A stretch of 64,000 bases of DNA from an uncultured Eubacteriales bacterium. GTDB lineage: Bacteria > Acidobacteriota > Aminicenantia > Aminicenantales > Aminicenantaceae. The notes under the pieces are model-generated. The model did no database searches and was not told where the DNA came from. It worked only from the letters and a program-made list of their open reading frames with translations. This document shows, in pieces, positions 56,032 to 64,000 of the stretch (positions are counted from its first letter, which is position 1; each line of letters opens with the position of its first letter). The stretch lies in contig CAZEQD010000001.1 of assembly GCA_964514305.1 (NCBI GenBank), positions 27,181 to 91,180 of the forward strand. Reading direction: 5' to 3'. The translations under genes were made by a program, and so were the position numbers.

Positions 56032-57411
56032 TTATGGAGAAGAAAGTTTTTTTCTGTTTTTCAAATTATCTAACTTTTGGAGATAAATGTTAATTGAGGA
56101 AATGGCCAACCCAGCCAGACCAACCAGGCCGATAAGGTTGGTAAAAGCCATCATGCCGTTAAAAACATCGCCAATTGACCAGGCAACTTCAACTTTTAAA
56201 ACAGCCCCGATGAAGATAACCAAGCAGAAGATCCAGCGAAAAGGTTTTTTTATCCAAATACCTAAGAGATAACTGAAGGATATTTCGCCATAATAAGGTA
56301 CAGCAATCAAGCTTGAATAGCCAAAGAGAAAAGAGCTTAAAGCGACAATCAAGCCCCCATATCGAGGCAGAGCAGAGTTGAAGGCGGCTGCGGTCATCTG
56401 GGTACTGGTACCTTCTGTCCAGACTCCAGTAACTAGTACGGTCAGAGCAGTGAGAGTGCAGATAACTAAGGTGTCTATAAAGACATCAAGCGAAGCAATC
56501 AACCCCTGCCGTACTGGTTCACTTGTTTGAGCCGAAGCATGGAAAACGGCGGCTGTTCCAGTTCCGGCCTCATTAGAGTAAGCTCCCCTGGCCAGGCCAT
56601 AGCGAATAGCTCGAGCTACAGTCATGCCCACTACCCCTCCCTTAATAGCAGAAGGTTTAAAGGCACCGGTAATGATTAGAGAGAAAGCGTGAGGGAGCTG
56701 AGAAGCGAAGATAATAATAGCTAGGAATGCCCCGGCTATATAAAGGAAAACCATGACGGGACTTAAAAATTCGGTGACTTTAGCTATCGATTTAATGCCA
56801 CCAATGATTACCAGCCAGGTCAGGACAGCCAGGCCTAAGCCTGACAGCCAGGGTTCAATCCCTAGCTGTGTTTTGAGGGCCAAGGCGATAGAATTAGATT
56901 GAATGGTCGTGGTTGAAAATAGGGGTTTGCAGCCCATAAAAAAGGCAAAAATTCCGGCCAGCCAGGGAAGACCCAAGCCTTCTCTAATATAGTACATTGG
57001 TCCGCCGGCTACAGAGCCATCAGCGGTTATTTTTTTATATTTCTGACCCAAAACAGCCTCCACCAATCTGGTGGCCATTCCCAAAAAAGCAGACACCCAC
57101 ATCCAGAAAACTGACCCCGGACCCCCCATGGCAATGGCCGTGCAAACTCCTGCTATATTTCCATTGCCAATGACTGCAGCTAAAGAAGTGGCCAAGGCTT
57201 GGAAAGGAGTTATATCGCCGCGCCGTTCCTTTTGGCTTTCACCAAAATCTTTGCTTCCCAAAAGAAGGCGGAAAGAAAGCCCTAAGCGCTTAACCTGGAT
57301 AAACCGGAGGCGAAAGGTAAAGAAGAGTCCTAAGCCTAAGAGGAGAACAACCATCTGAGGCCCCCAGACAAGAGAGCCTAAAAAACGGATTGCTCGCTCA
57401 AAAGAGTCCAT
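56032..57411 (-). CDS. Alanine/glycine:cation symporter (AGCS family)
   Basis: MDSFERAIRFLGSLVWGPQMVVLLLGLGLFFTFRL... N-terminus and polytopic topology typical of the AGCS family. Confidence 0.85.
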   Translation of the reverse strand: MDSFERAIRFLGSLVWGPQMVVLLLGLGLFFTFRLRFIQVKRLGLSFRLLLGSKDFGESQKERRGDITPFQALATSLAAVIGNGNIAGVCTAIAMGGPGSVFWMWVSAFLGMATRLVEAVLGQKYKKITADGSVAGGPMYYIREGLGLPWLAGIFAFFMGCKPLFSTTTIQSNSIALALKTQLGIEPWLSGLGLAVLTWLVIIGGIKSIAKVTEFLSPVMVFLYIAGAFLAIIIFASQLPHAFSLIITGAFKPSAIKGGVVGMTVARAIRYGLARGAYSNEAGTGTAAVFHASAQTSEPVRQGLIASLDVFIDTLVICTLTALTVLVTGVWTEGTSTQMTAAAFNSALPRYGGLIVALSSFLFGYSSLIAVPYYGEISFSYLLGIWIKKPFRWIFCLVIFIGAVLKVEVAWSIGDVFNGMMAFTNLIGLVGLAGLAISSINIYLQKLDNLKNRKKLSSP

Positions 57412-57527
57412 ATCTGCTGCTGAATTTCAAATTTTCTATGCTGAATGGCTTAGTATCTATCAAGTCACCAGGAGTAAAACAGCATTATTCCATACTCTTA
57501 TTTTAGATTTATAAAACTAAAAAAGCA

Positions 57528-57722
57528 TTAAGAATGTTTTTTTTGTTTCCTTTTGATTTCTTTTTTGACAGCTTTATGAAGAACAAGAAAGTAATATCCC
57601 ACCAGGCAGATTATGATAAGCGTAAATCTAAGGCTGTTTCCTTGGCTTAGAGAATAGAAAGCATAGCCCAGAACTCCTGCTAACAGGAGGAGATGAAAGA
57701 AAGCGAATATCCAATCGAACAT
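57528..57722 (-). CDS. Hypothetical small two-TM membrane protein
   Basis: 64 aa, two hydrophobic helices, basic C-terminus. Unsupported beyond composition. Confidence 0.3.
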   Translation of the reverse strand: MFDWIFAFFHLLLLAGVLGYAFYSLSQGNSLRFTLIIICLVGYYFLVLHKAVKKEIKRKQKKHS

Positions 57723-57772
57723 AAGCTTCTAGAACGAATTAATCTATTAACAGATAAGTTGAAGGAAAAAGT

Positions 57773-58357
57773 TCATTCTTCAAGGCGGCGAATGGAAATA
57801 ATGGTTATTGTTTCTCGAGGGACATCTCTGCGGCCATGCTTTGTCATAGTTTTGACATTAGCGATAGCATCAACCACATCCATGCCTTCGATTACCTTAC
57901 CGAAGACAGCATAGCCGTAGCCTTCTGGGGTATTATTCCTGTGATCCAGGAAGGGATTGTCGGCGTGGTTGATAAAGAACTGGCAGGTAGCGCTATTAAT
58001 AGCCGGCATACGGGCCATGGCTATAGTTCCTCTTTTGTTTTTAAGACCGTTGTTTGCTTCGTTTTTTATGGAAGATTTGGTCGGCTTGGAGTGAAAATCA
58101 GCTGTTAAGCCGCCCCCCTGAATCATAAAACCTTTGATTACCCGATGGAAAATAGTACCATCATAAAACTGCTCATCCACATAAGAGAGAAAATTCTTGA
58201 CAGTGATAGGGGCTTTGTCAGCATAAAGCTCTAAGGTTATGTTGCCCATGCTCGTTTTCATAATAATCTTAGGATTTGCCGCCAGAGCTGGGGAAACAAG
58301 CCAGAAAGAAATAAAAGAAATAAACGCTATTAGAAAAAAGCCAGATTTTTTCTTCAT
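57773..58357 (-). CDS. Peptidyl-prolyl cis-trans isomerase, cyclophilin type, secreted
   Basis: Signal peptide. FHRVIKGFMIQGGG and MARMPAINSATCQFFI cyclophilin motifs. Confidence 0.85.
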   Translation of the reverse strand: MKKKSGFFLIAFISFISFWLVSPALAANPKIIMKTSMGNITLELYADKAPITVKNFLSYVDEQFYDGTIFHRVIKGFMIQGGGLTADFHSKPTKSSIKNEANNGLKNKRGTIAMARMPAINSATCQFFINHADNPFLDHRNNTPEGYGYAVFGKVIEGMDVVDAIANVKTMTKHGRRDVPRETITIISIRRLEE

Positions 58358-58527
58358 AAAAGCCTCCTTTTCTGGTTTATTTTAATAAGCCAAGAAAACA
58401 AAATAACAGAAACAAAGGTTCAAATCAATTTAAAATCACCCCTTAATTCACCGTCATAGGCTATATAAAAGCTTGCAATTTTTGTTATAAAAATATAAAT
58501 AGAGAGGAGTTCTTTTAGGAGAAAAGA

Positions 58528-59361
58528 ATGAAAAGTCTAAAAATTTTAAAAATTATTCCAGGATTTCTATTACTCCTTGCTTTATTTACCCCTCCAGCTA
58601 CAGCTCAGGGACATTTTGAATTCAGCTTTCATTATTCCCGCTGGAGTATTGACCTTCTTCGAGGGATGATTGAAGAAGGTATAAGCGATGCTCTTAAAAC
58701 AGACTTGAAGGATAAATTCTTAGAAGATATCAGAGAAGATCACAACGTAGAGGAGACAAGCTACAGTCAGAATGTTTCCTTTGATTCCAGTGGTGATAAC
58801 TATGGAGTTGAGGTCCGCTGGTATCCAGGGGGAGCGAACGGTTCTTTCAGTCTTGGTTTGGCTGTGGAGAAGACAACCATGAAGATTTCTCTGCCCGATG
58901 TCTCAGGTGACTTGGCCCTGACCGATCTTGATACCCAGGAGACAGCCAGTTTTAAAGCCAAAGCTAACGGCGAGTTTTTAATCAAACCCCTCTCTTTTCA
59001 TTTAAGCTTCCGTTGGGATATTGTTCCTTCATCGCCTATCCATCCTTATATAACCTTCGGAGTGGGAATGGCTGGGGGGACAGCCCTTGAGGAGGCGACA
59101 GTGACTTACTCTTATACAGGTGACCTGACCATTGGAGAAGAAGAGCCTGAACATTATGAAGGCGGAGAAACTAAATCTATTAAACAGCTTAAGGACGATC
59201 TTGAAGCTGAGGGAGAAGACTTCTTTATACCTGGATTTTTTCCGTTTATTCAATTAAATCTGGGGATAAAGGGAGAGATAACCAATAATCTTCATCTTTT
59301 AGTTGACGCTGGCATTTGGGATGGATTTCTGATCAGAGGAGCGGTTGCTTTTCGTTTTTAA
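58528..59361 (+). CDS. Putative outer-membrane beta-barrel protein
   Basis: Signal peptide ending ATAQG. Alternating hydrophobic pattern. C-terminal ...GAVAFRF with terminal Phe (OMP beta-signal). Confidence 0.5.
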   Translation: MKSLKILKIIPGFLLLLALFTPPATAQGHFEFSFHYSRWSIDLLRGMIEEGISDALKTDLKDKFLEDIREDHNVEETSYSQNVSFDSSGDNYGVEVRWYPGGANGSFSLGLAVEKTTMKISLPDVSGDLALTDLDTQETASFKAKANGEFLIKPLSFHLSFRWDIVPSSPIHPYITFGVGMAGGTALEEATVTYSYTGDLTIGEEEPEHYEGGETKSIKQLKDDLEAEGEDFFIPGFFPFIQLNLGIKGEITNNLHLLVDAGIWDGFLIRGAVAFRF

Positions 59362-59788
59362 CATAAGATTAAAATAGCCTGGAAGTTTCTTCTTATTATT
59401 TAAAAATAACGGCCATCCAGAAGATGCCAGAGCAAAAATCTGCCCTTTTTCTGAAATGAATTCCTATGCCGACTTTTTTATGTCTGGCCAGATCGCCATT
59501 TACCAATTGAAATAGATTTTCTTCAATAATAGCTGGAGCTGGCCTTTGGAGCTTGTCTTTTTTCAGGAAAGAAGGACTGCTCTTAGGGTGCAGAATTAAT
59601 GGCCAAAATAAAAGTACCCCCTAAAATAGTCATCTAGACAAGGATATTTTTTTTCATTCGACTGTAAATTTTTCTTTACTTTTTACTTTTATATCCTAAC
59701 ATAAAAAGAAGAAAAGTGATGTTTGGGCAAGCTTATTTTTGATAGCCTTTGGAGTCCATATGATTTTAATTTTTAAAAGGAGGTCATA

Positions 59789-61312
59789 ATGAAAAATAGA
59801 AAGGTTTGGGTTATATCCGCAGTTTTTCTTTTATTGTTTTTATATGTATCCTCTTTCCTCCCAGCCCAGGCACCAGCGGTCAAACCCACTGCCCAAGAAA
59901 AATTCCTCCAGAGCTTCCACTCCATTTCCAGTCATAAGCTTTTGGCTTATGTCCAGCAACTGTCTTCGGAAAAGTATGGTGGCCGGCTGACTGGAACCGA
60001 GCAGTTTAATGCTTGTGCCCGCTGGGTAGCTTCTCTTTTAAAAGAGTGGGGGATAGCTCCGGCCGGAGATGATGATTCATATCTTCAATCTTTTCCCAAT
60101 CCATATACCCTAGTTTTTAAAGGCTGCCAAGTTTGTCTTAATCTTCCCTACAAAGGTGAGGTCGTCAAGAAATATTATCATTATTTTGATGAATTTATTC
60201 CCGGCTCTACTTCTGGCTCTGGGGAAGTGACGGCTGAGGTCATTTATGTTGGTTATGGAATCACCGCTTCTAAGCTCGGTTACGATGACTATAAAGGGGT
60301 AGATGTTGAGGGAAAAATCGTGCTGATGGAAAGAGAAGTTCCTGTTTCTCCCGATAAAAATCCTGAGCTTTTCAAAAAATGGCGGCCCTATTCGTTCCAT
60401 CAGTATAAATTGAAGAATGCTGTGGCTCATGGAGCCAGAGGTATGCTTTACAACTATGGGCCAATTGGCAACCCGAATAATGCTTATGATAAAAATTTCA
60501 TCTACTCTCATGTGGGTCAGGTGATAGTTAATGATGTTTTTGCGGGCACCGGGAAGAAGCACAGCCAGGTAGTGGAGAAAATTAAGCAGACTTTAAAGCC
60601 TCAGTCTTTTGACACCGGCAAAATTTTTACCATAAAAAATATAACCGAACATCATCCTGAGGGGATCGGTTACAATGTTGTCGGCCTTCTTGAAGGATCT
60701 GATCCCCAGCTTAAAAAGGAAGTGATTATTCTGGGTGCCCATCTCGATCATCTTGGCCACTGTTACGATATGATGCCTGGAGCCAATGATAATGCTTCTG
60801 GAGTGGCTGTTGTCCTGGGTGTAGCTGAAGCTCTGGCTAAGTATCCATTCCGACCAAAGCGCTCTGTCATATTTTTACTTTTTGGAGCAGAGGAGCAGGG
60901 AGTGAGGGGATCTGAATATTATCTTGAGCATCCTCCAATTCCTTTGGAGAAGACCAAGGCTTTTATCAATCTGGATGGCGTCGGCTGTGGAGATAAGGTT
61001 AGTGTTTTGGCTGCTAAAAATTATCCTTCCTTCTGGAAATTTATTGACGAGGCCAATAAAAAATATACACACCGCCTTGTACATCCCAGCTATTTTGCCA
61101 ATATCGCCCGTCCGCGGTTAGATGCAGCTCGCTTCCTCTGGAAAGGAGTTCCTTCTCTATCTTTTAGTGTCTACGGGGCTCCTTCCTTTTATCATGTTCC
61201 TAAGGACAATGTGGAGACCATTACACCTGAGATAATGGAAGATCTGGCCCAAATGCTTTTGGCAGCTATTGTGGATATGGCCAACCAGGAAGAGATTGAG
61301 TTTGGCAAGTAA
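59789..61312 (+). CDS. M28-family zinc aminopeptidase with PA domain, secreted
   Basis: Signal peptide. GAHLDHLGH, NDNASGVAVVLG, GAEEQG, NLDGVG metal-ligand motifs. Confidence 0.8.
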   Translation: MKNRKVWVISAVFLLLFLYVSSFLPAQAPAVKPTAQEKFLQSFHSISSHKLLAYVQQLSSEKYGGRLTGTEQFNACARWVASLLKEWGIAPAGDDDSYLQSFPNPYTLVFKGCQVCLNLPYKGEVVKKYYHYFDEFIPGSTSGSGEVTAEVIYVGYGITASKLGYDDYKGVDVEGKIVLMEREVPVSPDKNPELFKKWRPYSFHQYKLKNAVAHGARGMLYNYGPIGNPNNAYDKNFIYSHVGQVIVNDVFAGTGKKHSQVVEKIKQTLKPQSFDTGKIFTIKNITEHHPEGIGYNVVGLLEGSDPQLKKEVIILGAHLDHLGHCYDMMPGANDNASGVAVVLGVAEALAKYPFRPKRSVIFLLFGAEEQGVRGSEYYLEHPPIPLEKTKAFINLDGVGCGDKVSVLAAKNYPSFWKFIDEANKKYTHRLVHPSYFANIARPRLDAARFLWKGVPSLSFSVYGAPSFYHVPKDNVETITPEIMEDLAQMLLAAIVDMANQEEIEFGK

Positions 61313-61886
61313 TGAGCCTTGCTTTTACCGATTTTCGATGAGAATTTGAAGTATTTCCAGTTCATCGGTATCGAACCATATTTTACGGCAGGCAAGACAT
61401 TTGTCTGCTGGCACTGGATATGAATAACTGTAAGGGCGGGGTAGCATTTTAGAGCCGCAATTGGGACAGAAAATAGAAAGTGATTTAGTTGAGTTGATTT
61501 TTTAGTCCGAAGAGGATAAAGCATAAATTTTTGTTTGAATTCAGCCAGGCAAATCAAACAGCGGGGACAGCGGTTGGAGCGAGTAGGGTTAATGATTTGG
61601 CTGTGGCCCATACGGTGCAGGGCTTGACGGATCTGGGGGAATTCTCTGGCCTGGGCTTCTACTTCTTCCTGGAGGTTTTTGACTCTGATTAAGGGAGAAA
61701 AAAAGCGAATACTGAAGAGTTATTCCAAAGGATAAGGTCCTTGCCATTTGCCTTGGGTATCTCTAATAAGCCATATTCTGGCATCAGGGTTAAATGGTTC
61801 TGGGGATGAAGCTGAGGTGATTTCTGAAGCTCAGCGTCAGCCAGAATTTCCCTTTGCCGGCTGATGAGAGTGCTCAAGAGATGCAT
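61192..61886 (-). pseudogene. Possible frameshifted gene (two adjacent minus-strand ORFs in different frames joined at an A7/T7 homopolymer), unknown function with C-terminal CxxC
   Basis: ORF 61886-61689 (MHLLST...FAFFLP*) and ORF 61611-61192 are in different frames. The downstream frame is open back to ~61672, overlapping frame A across the A7 run at 61690-61696. The 3' portion overlaps the M28 gene by about 120 nt. Confidence 0.25.
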
Positions 61887-62230
61887 GACTACTGCTTATA
61901 GTTTCTTTGCTGGCGCGCCTGGATTTCATAAGAGTCAGGGATAAGATTTTTTCTCATAACTTCTTGGACTTAAGTTTTATCTTGTATGTGGCCTATATTA
62001 AAAAAGTCATGAATATCAGCAAGTATGAATTTATCTTTAGAAGCTATTTGTTTGACTCCGATTTAACTATGAGAAATAATATCTTTTTTAATTGAATTTT
62101 GGTTGCTAGTGAGAATGGAGGATGTTTTTTAAAAAGATAAACGTTGGGAAAAAGTGAAATTATAATCGTGCTACTTTTTATAAAAAGTGTTACTTTCTGA
62201 TTAATAAAAAATTATTCAGGGGAGGAATAG

Positions 62231-64000
62231 ATGAAGACAACAAAAGCTTTAAGGCTGGGATTGGCCGTCATATTTTTAGTCAGTTCCCTTCTGGCTAAAG
62301 TTCCTCAGCCAGAGGAATTTTTAGGTTTTAAAGTCGGAGCTGACCGGAAATTAGCTGACATGCACCAAATAATTGAATATTACCGTCTTCTTGATGGCAC
62401 CAAAGGCAGAGTGAAAGTTGAAGAGGTGGGCCTGACCACTATGGGCAATCCTTTCTTAGTAGCTGTCATTTCTTCGCCTGAAAATCAAAAGAACCTCGAA
62501 AAATACCAGCACTATCAACAGCTTTTGGCTGACCCCAGGAGAATCACGGACAAAGAGGCGGCTAAGATAATAAAAGAGGGCAAGACAGTGGTCATGATTA
62601 ACTGTTCAATTCATGCCTCAGAGATTGGAGCCTCCCAGATGTCAATGAAGCTGGCCTATGAGCTGGCTACCTCTGAGGATAGAAAAATAAGAGAAATTCT
62701 GAATAATGTTATTTTGCTGCTGGTGCCCATGCACAATCCTGATGGTATCCAGATGGTAGTTGATTGGTATAAAAAGAATCTGGGTACCAAATATGAAGGA
62801 GGACGGATGCCCTGGCTTTACAATAAATATGTAGGTCATGATAACAATCGTGATTGGTACATGTTGACTCAGGTCGAATCGCGACTGACCATAAAAGTCC
62901 ATAATGCCTGGCATCCTCAGATTGTACTTGATATGCATCAGATGGGAAGCCGCGGGCCTAGAATGTTTGTCCCTCCTTATGTTGATCCCTTTGAGTCTAA
63001 CATCGATCACATTCTTGAGCAGGAAGTAGCCATGATGGGAACTTTTATAGCAGCTGAGCTAACAGCTGAAGGAAAAGCAGGCGTTATTCACAGTACTATT
63101 TTTGATGCCTGGACTCCGGCTCGAGCCTATCATCATTATCATGGTGGGATCAGGATTTTAACTGAGGTGGCCAGCGTTAAAATAGCCACTCCCATCGAGG
63201 TTAAATTTGAAGAATTACCGGAGGCTTTGAGGAAGTCATCGGTGAAAATGCCGCTTCCCTGGAAAGGAGGAAAATGGAGGCTTAAAGATATAATTGATTA
63301 TGATTATACAGCGGCTATGGCCGTTCTCACCAACGCAGCCAGACTCAGGGAATGCTGGCTTCAAAATTTTTACCGTATTCACCAAAAAGCAGTTTCCCGA
63401 AAGAAGCCTCCTTATGCTTTTTTAATCCCGTCTGAGCAGGATAATATAGTTGGGGTTTTTAAAATGATGAAAGTCCTGAGGCTGGGTGGAGTGGAGATTC
63501 AGAGAGCTGAGGAACCATTTATGGCTGATGGCTGCCAGTATCCAGCCGGGACTTTTATTATTTATTTAGCCCAGCCTTATGGAGGTTACGCCAAAGTCCT
63601 GCTGGAAAGACAACGCTATCCTGAGATCAGGGAATATCCTGGAGGGCCGCTCAAAAGACCCTATGATGTGGTTGCTCATAATATTGCCCTTTTGATGGGA
63701 GTTAAAGTCCGTAAAATTGAGAGACCGTTTAAAGTTAATTCCGAATTATTAACAAAAATCGAGAAGCCGTTAGGTAGAGTAGAGGAGGTTAATCATCCCT
63801 TCGGTTATTTATGGAGATACGATAGTAATGATGATATGGTCGCCTTAAATAGATTAGTTAAAAAAGGATATAGAGTTTTTTGGGCAGCCGAAGAGCTTGA
63901 GATAGCTGGCCAGCAGTATCCTGCGGGGACAATGATCGTAGTCAATAAAGAAGGCTTAAAGGATGAGCTTAAATCTTTAAGTCACAATTTAGCTGTTGTT
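62231..64000 (+). CDS. M14-family zinc carboxypeptidase, secreted; 3' end beyond window
   Basis: RBS ggaggaatagATG. Signal peptide. Zn ligands in IHASEIGASQ (HxxE), HNPDG, later H. Open to the window end; not in the track because it is truncated. Confidence 0.75.
   Translation, partial: MKTTKALRLGLAVIFLVSSLLAKVPQPEEFLGFKVGADRKLADMHQIIEYYRLLDGTKGRVKVEEVGLTTMGNPFLVAVISSPENQKNLEKYQHYQQLLADPRRITDKEAAKIIKEGKTVVMINCSIHASEIGASQMSMKLAYELATSEDRKIREILNNVILLLVPMHNPDGIQMVVDWYKKNLGTKYEGGRMPWLYNKYVGHDNNRDWYMLTQVESRLTIKVHNAWHPQIVLDMHQMGSRGPRMFVPPYVDPFESNIDHILEQEVAMMGTFIAAELTAEGKAGVIHSTIFDAWTPARAYHHYHGGIRILTEVASVKIATPIEVKFEELPEALRKSSVKMPLPWKGGKWRLKDIIDYDYTAAMAVLTNAARLRECWLQNFYRIHQKAVSRKKPPYAFLIPSEQDNIVGVFKMMKVLRLGGVEIQRAEEPFMADGCQYPAGTFIIYLAQPYGGYAKVLLERQRYPEIREYPGGPLKRPYDVVAHNIALLMGVKVRKIERPFKVNSELLTKIEKPLGRVEEVNHPFGYLWRYDSNDDMVALNRLVKKGYRVFWAAEELEIAGQQYPAGTMIVVNKEGLKDELKSLSHNLAVV

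Noticed and set aside
61313-61700. The gene-poor stretch after the M28 peptidase as a possible structured RNA (RNase P RNA, SRP RNA, 6S)
   Set aside because: None of the conserved RNase P (GGAAAGUCCGG, ACAGAA.CCGGCUUA) or SRP helix-8 (GGAAGCAGCC) motifs are present on either strand. The frameshifted-ORF explanation fits better.
1-64000. CRISPR arrays, rRNA genes, integrases/transposases, and toxin-antitoxin or restriction-modification/defence genes
   Set aside because: Scanned for short regularly spaced direct repeats, rRNA-like conserved blocks, and recombinase/nuclease motifs. None were found. The only repetitive DNA is the heptad arrays and the two-copy inverted-repeat element.

Overview
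This 64-kb window is a bacterial chromosomal segment, moderately AT-rich, from a diderm organism. Genes are densely packed and mostly in operons. Starts and ends were read from the six-frame track and adjusted where an N-terminal extension or neighbour overlap made the first Met implausible. Gene order (- = minus strand): a partial phosphohexomutase (-), an ABC-2 exporter pair, and nadE. An ECF sigma / anti-sigma operon follows with two secreted hypothetical proteins. Next comes a conspicuous metabolic cluster of eight genes. Its first three genes look like a split ATP-citrate lyase (succinyl-CoA-synthetase-like beta and alpha subunits plus a citrate-synthase-like citryl-CoA lyase), and the beta-like subunit carries an unusual C-terminal ferredoxin-like Cys cluster. 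An HD hydrolase follows, then two archaeal-type heterodimeric aconitase-family dehydratases and an isocitrate/isopropylmalate dehydrogenase-family enzyme. After that come tsaB-rimI, truA (-), a LOG/TIGR00725-like protein (-), and a block of four translationally coupled glycosyltransferases arranged as two diverged pairs (A-B-B'-A'). An MglA-family small GTPase with a long K/E-rich tail follows, then yifB/comM. A run of peptidases is scattered through the rest: M20, S46, M23, M28 and M14. A complete minus-strand dcw cluster (mraZ through ftsZ, without murB/ddl) ends with a hutI-like gene fused onto the ftsZ end. Another minus-strand operon encodes an archaeal-type bifunctional FBP aldolase/phosphatase, a Nudix hydrolase, an EncFtn-like mini-ferritin and a DUF2007 protein. 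A secreted FecR-like protein with an extraordinary Trp/Tyr-rich segment sits behind a near-consensus sigma-54 promoter. Non-coding features: a ~170-190-bp dispersed repeat present twice, each copy with a perfect 27-bp inverted repeat; two intergenic arrays of phased 7-nt repeats (GTNRRRR / GTTTAAA); two rho-independent terminator-like hairpins; and a probable frameshifted gene at an A7 homopolymer. No rRNA, tRNA or CRISPR was recognised. The most plausible candidate for a novel system is the citrate-to-2-oxoglutarate (reductive-TCA-like) module, together with the FBP aldolase/phosphatase elsewhere in the window; the other findings are lower-interest accessory observations.
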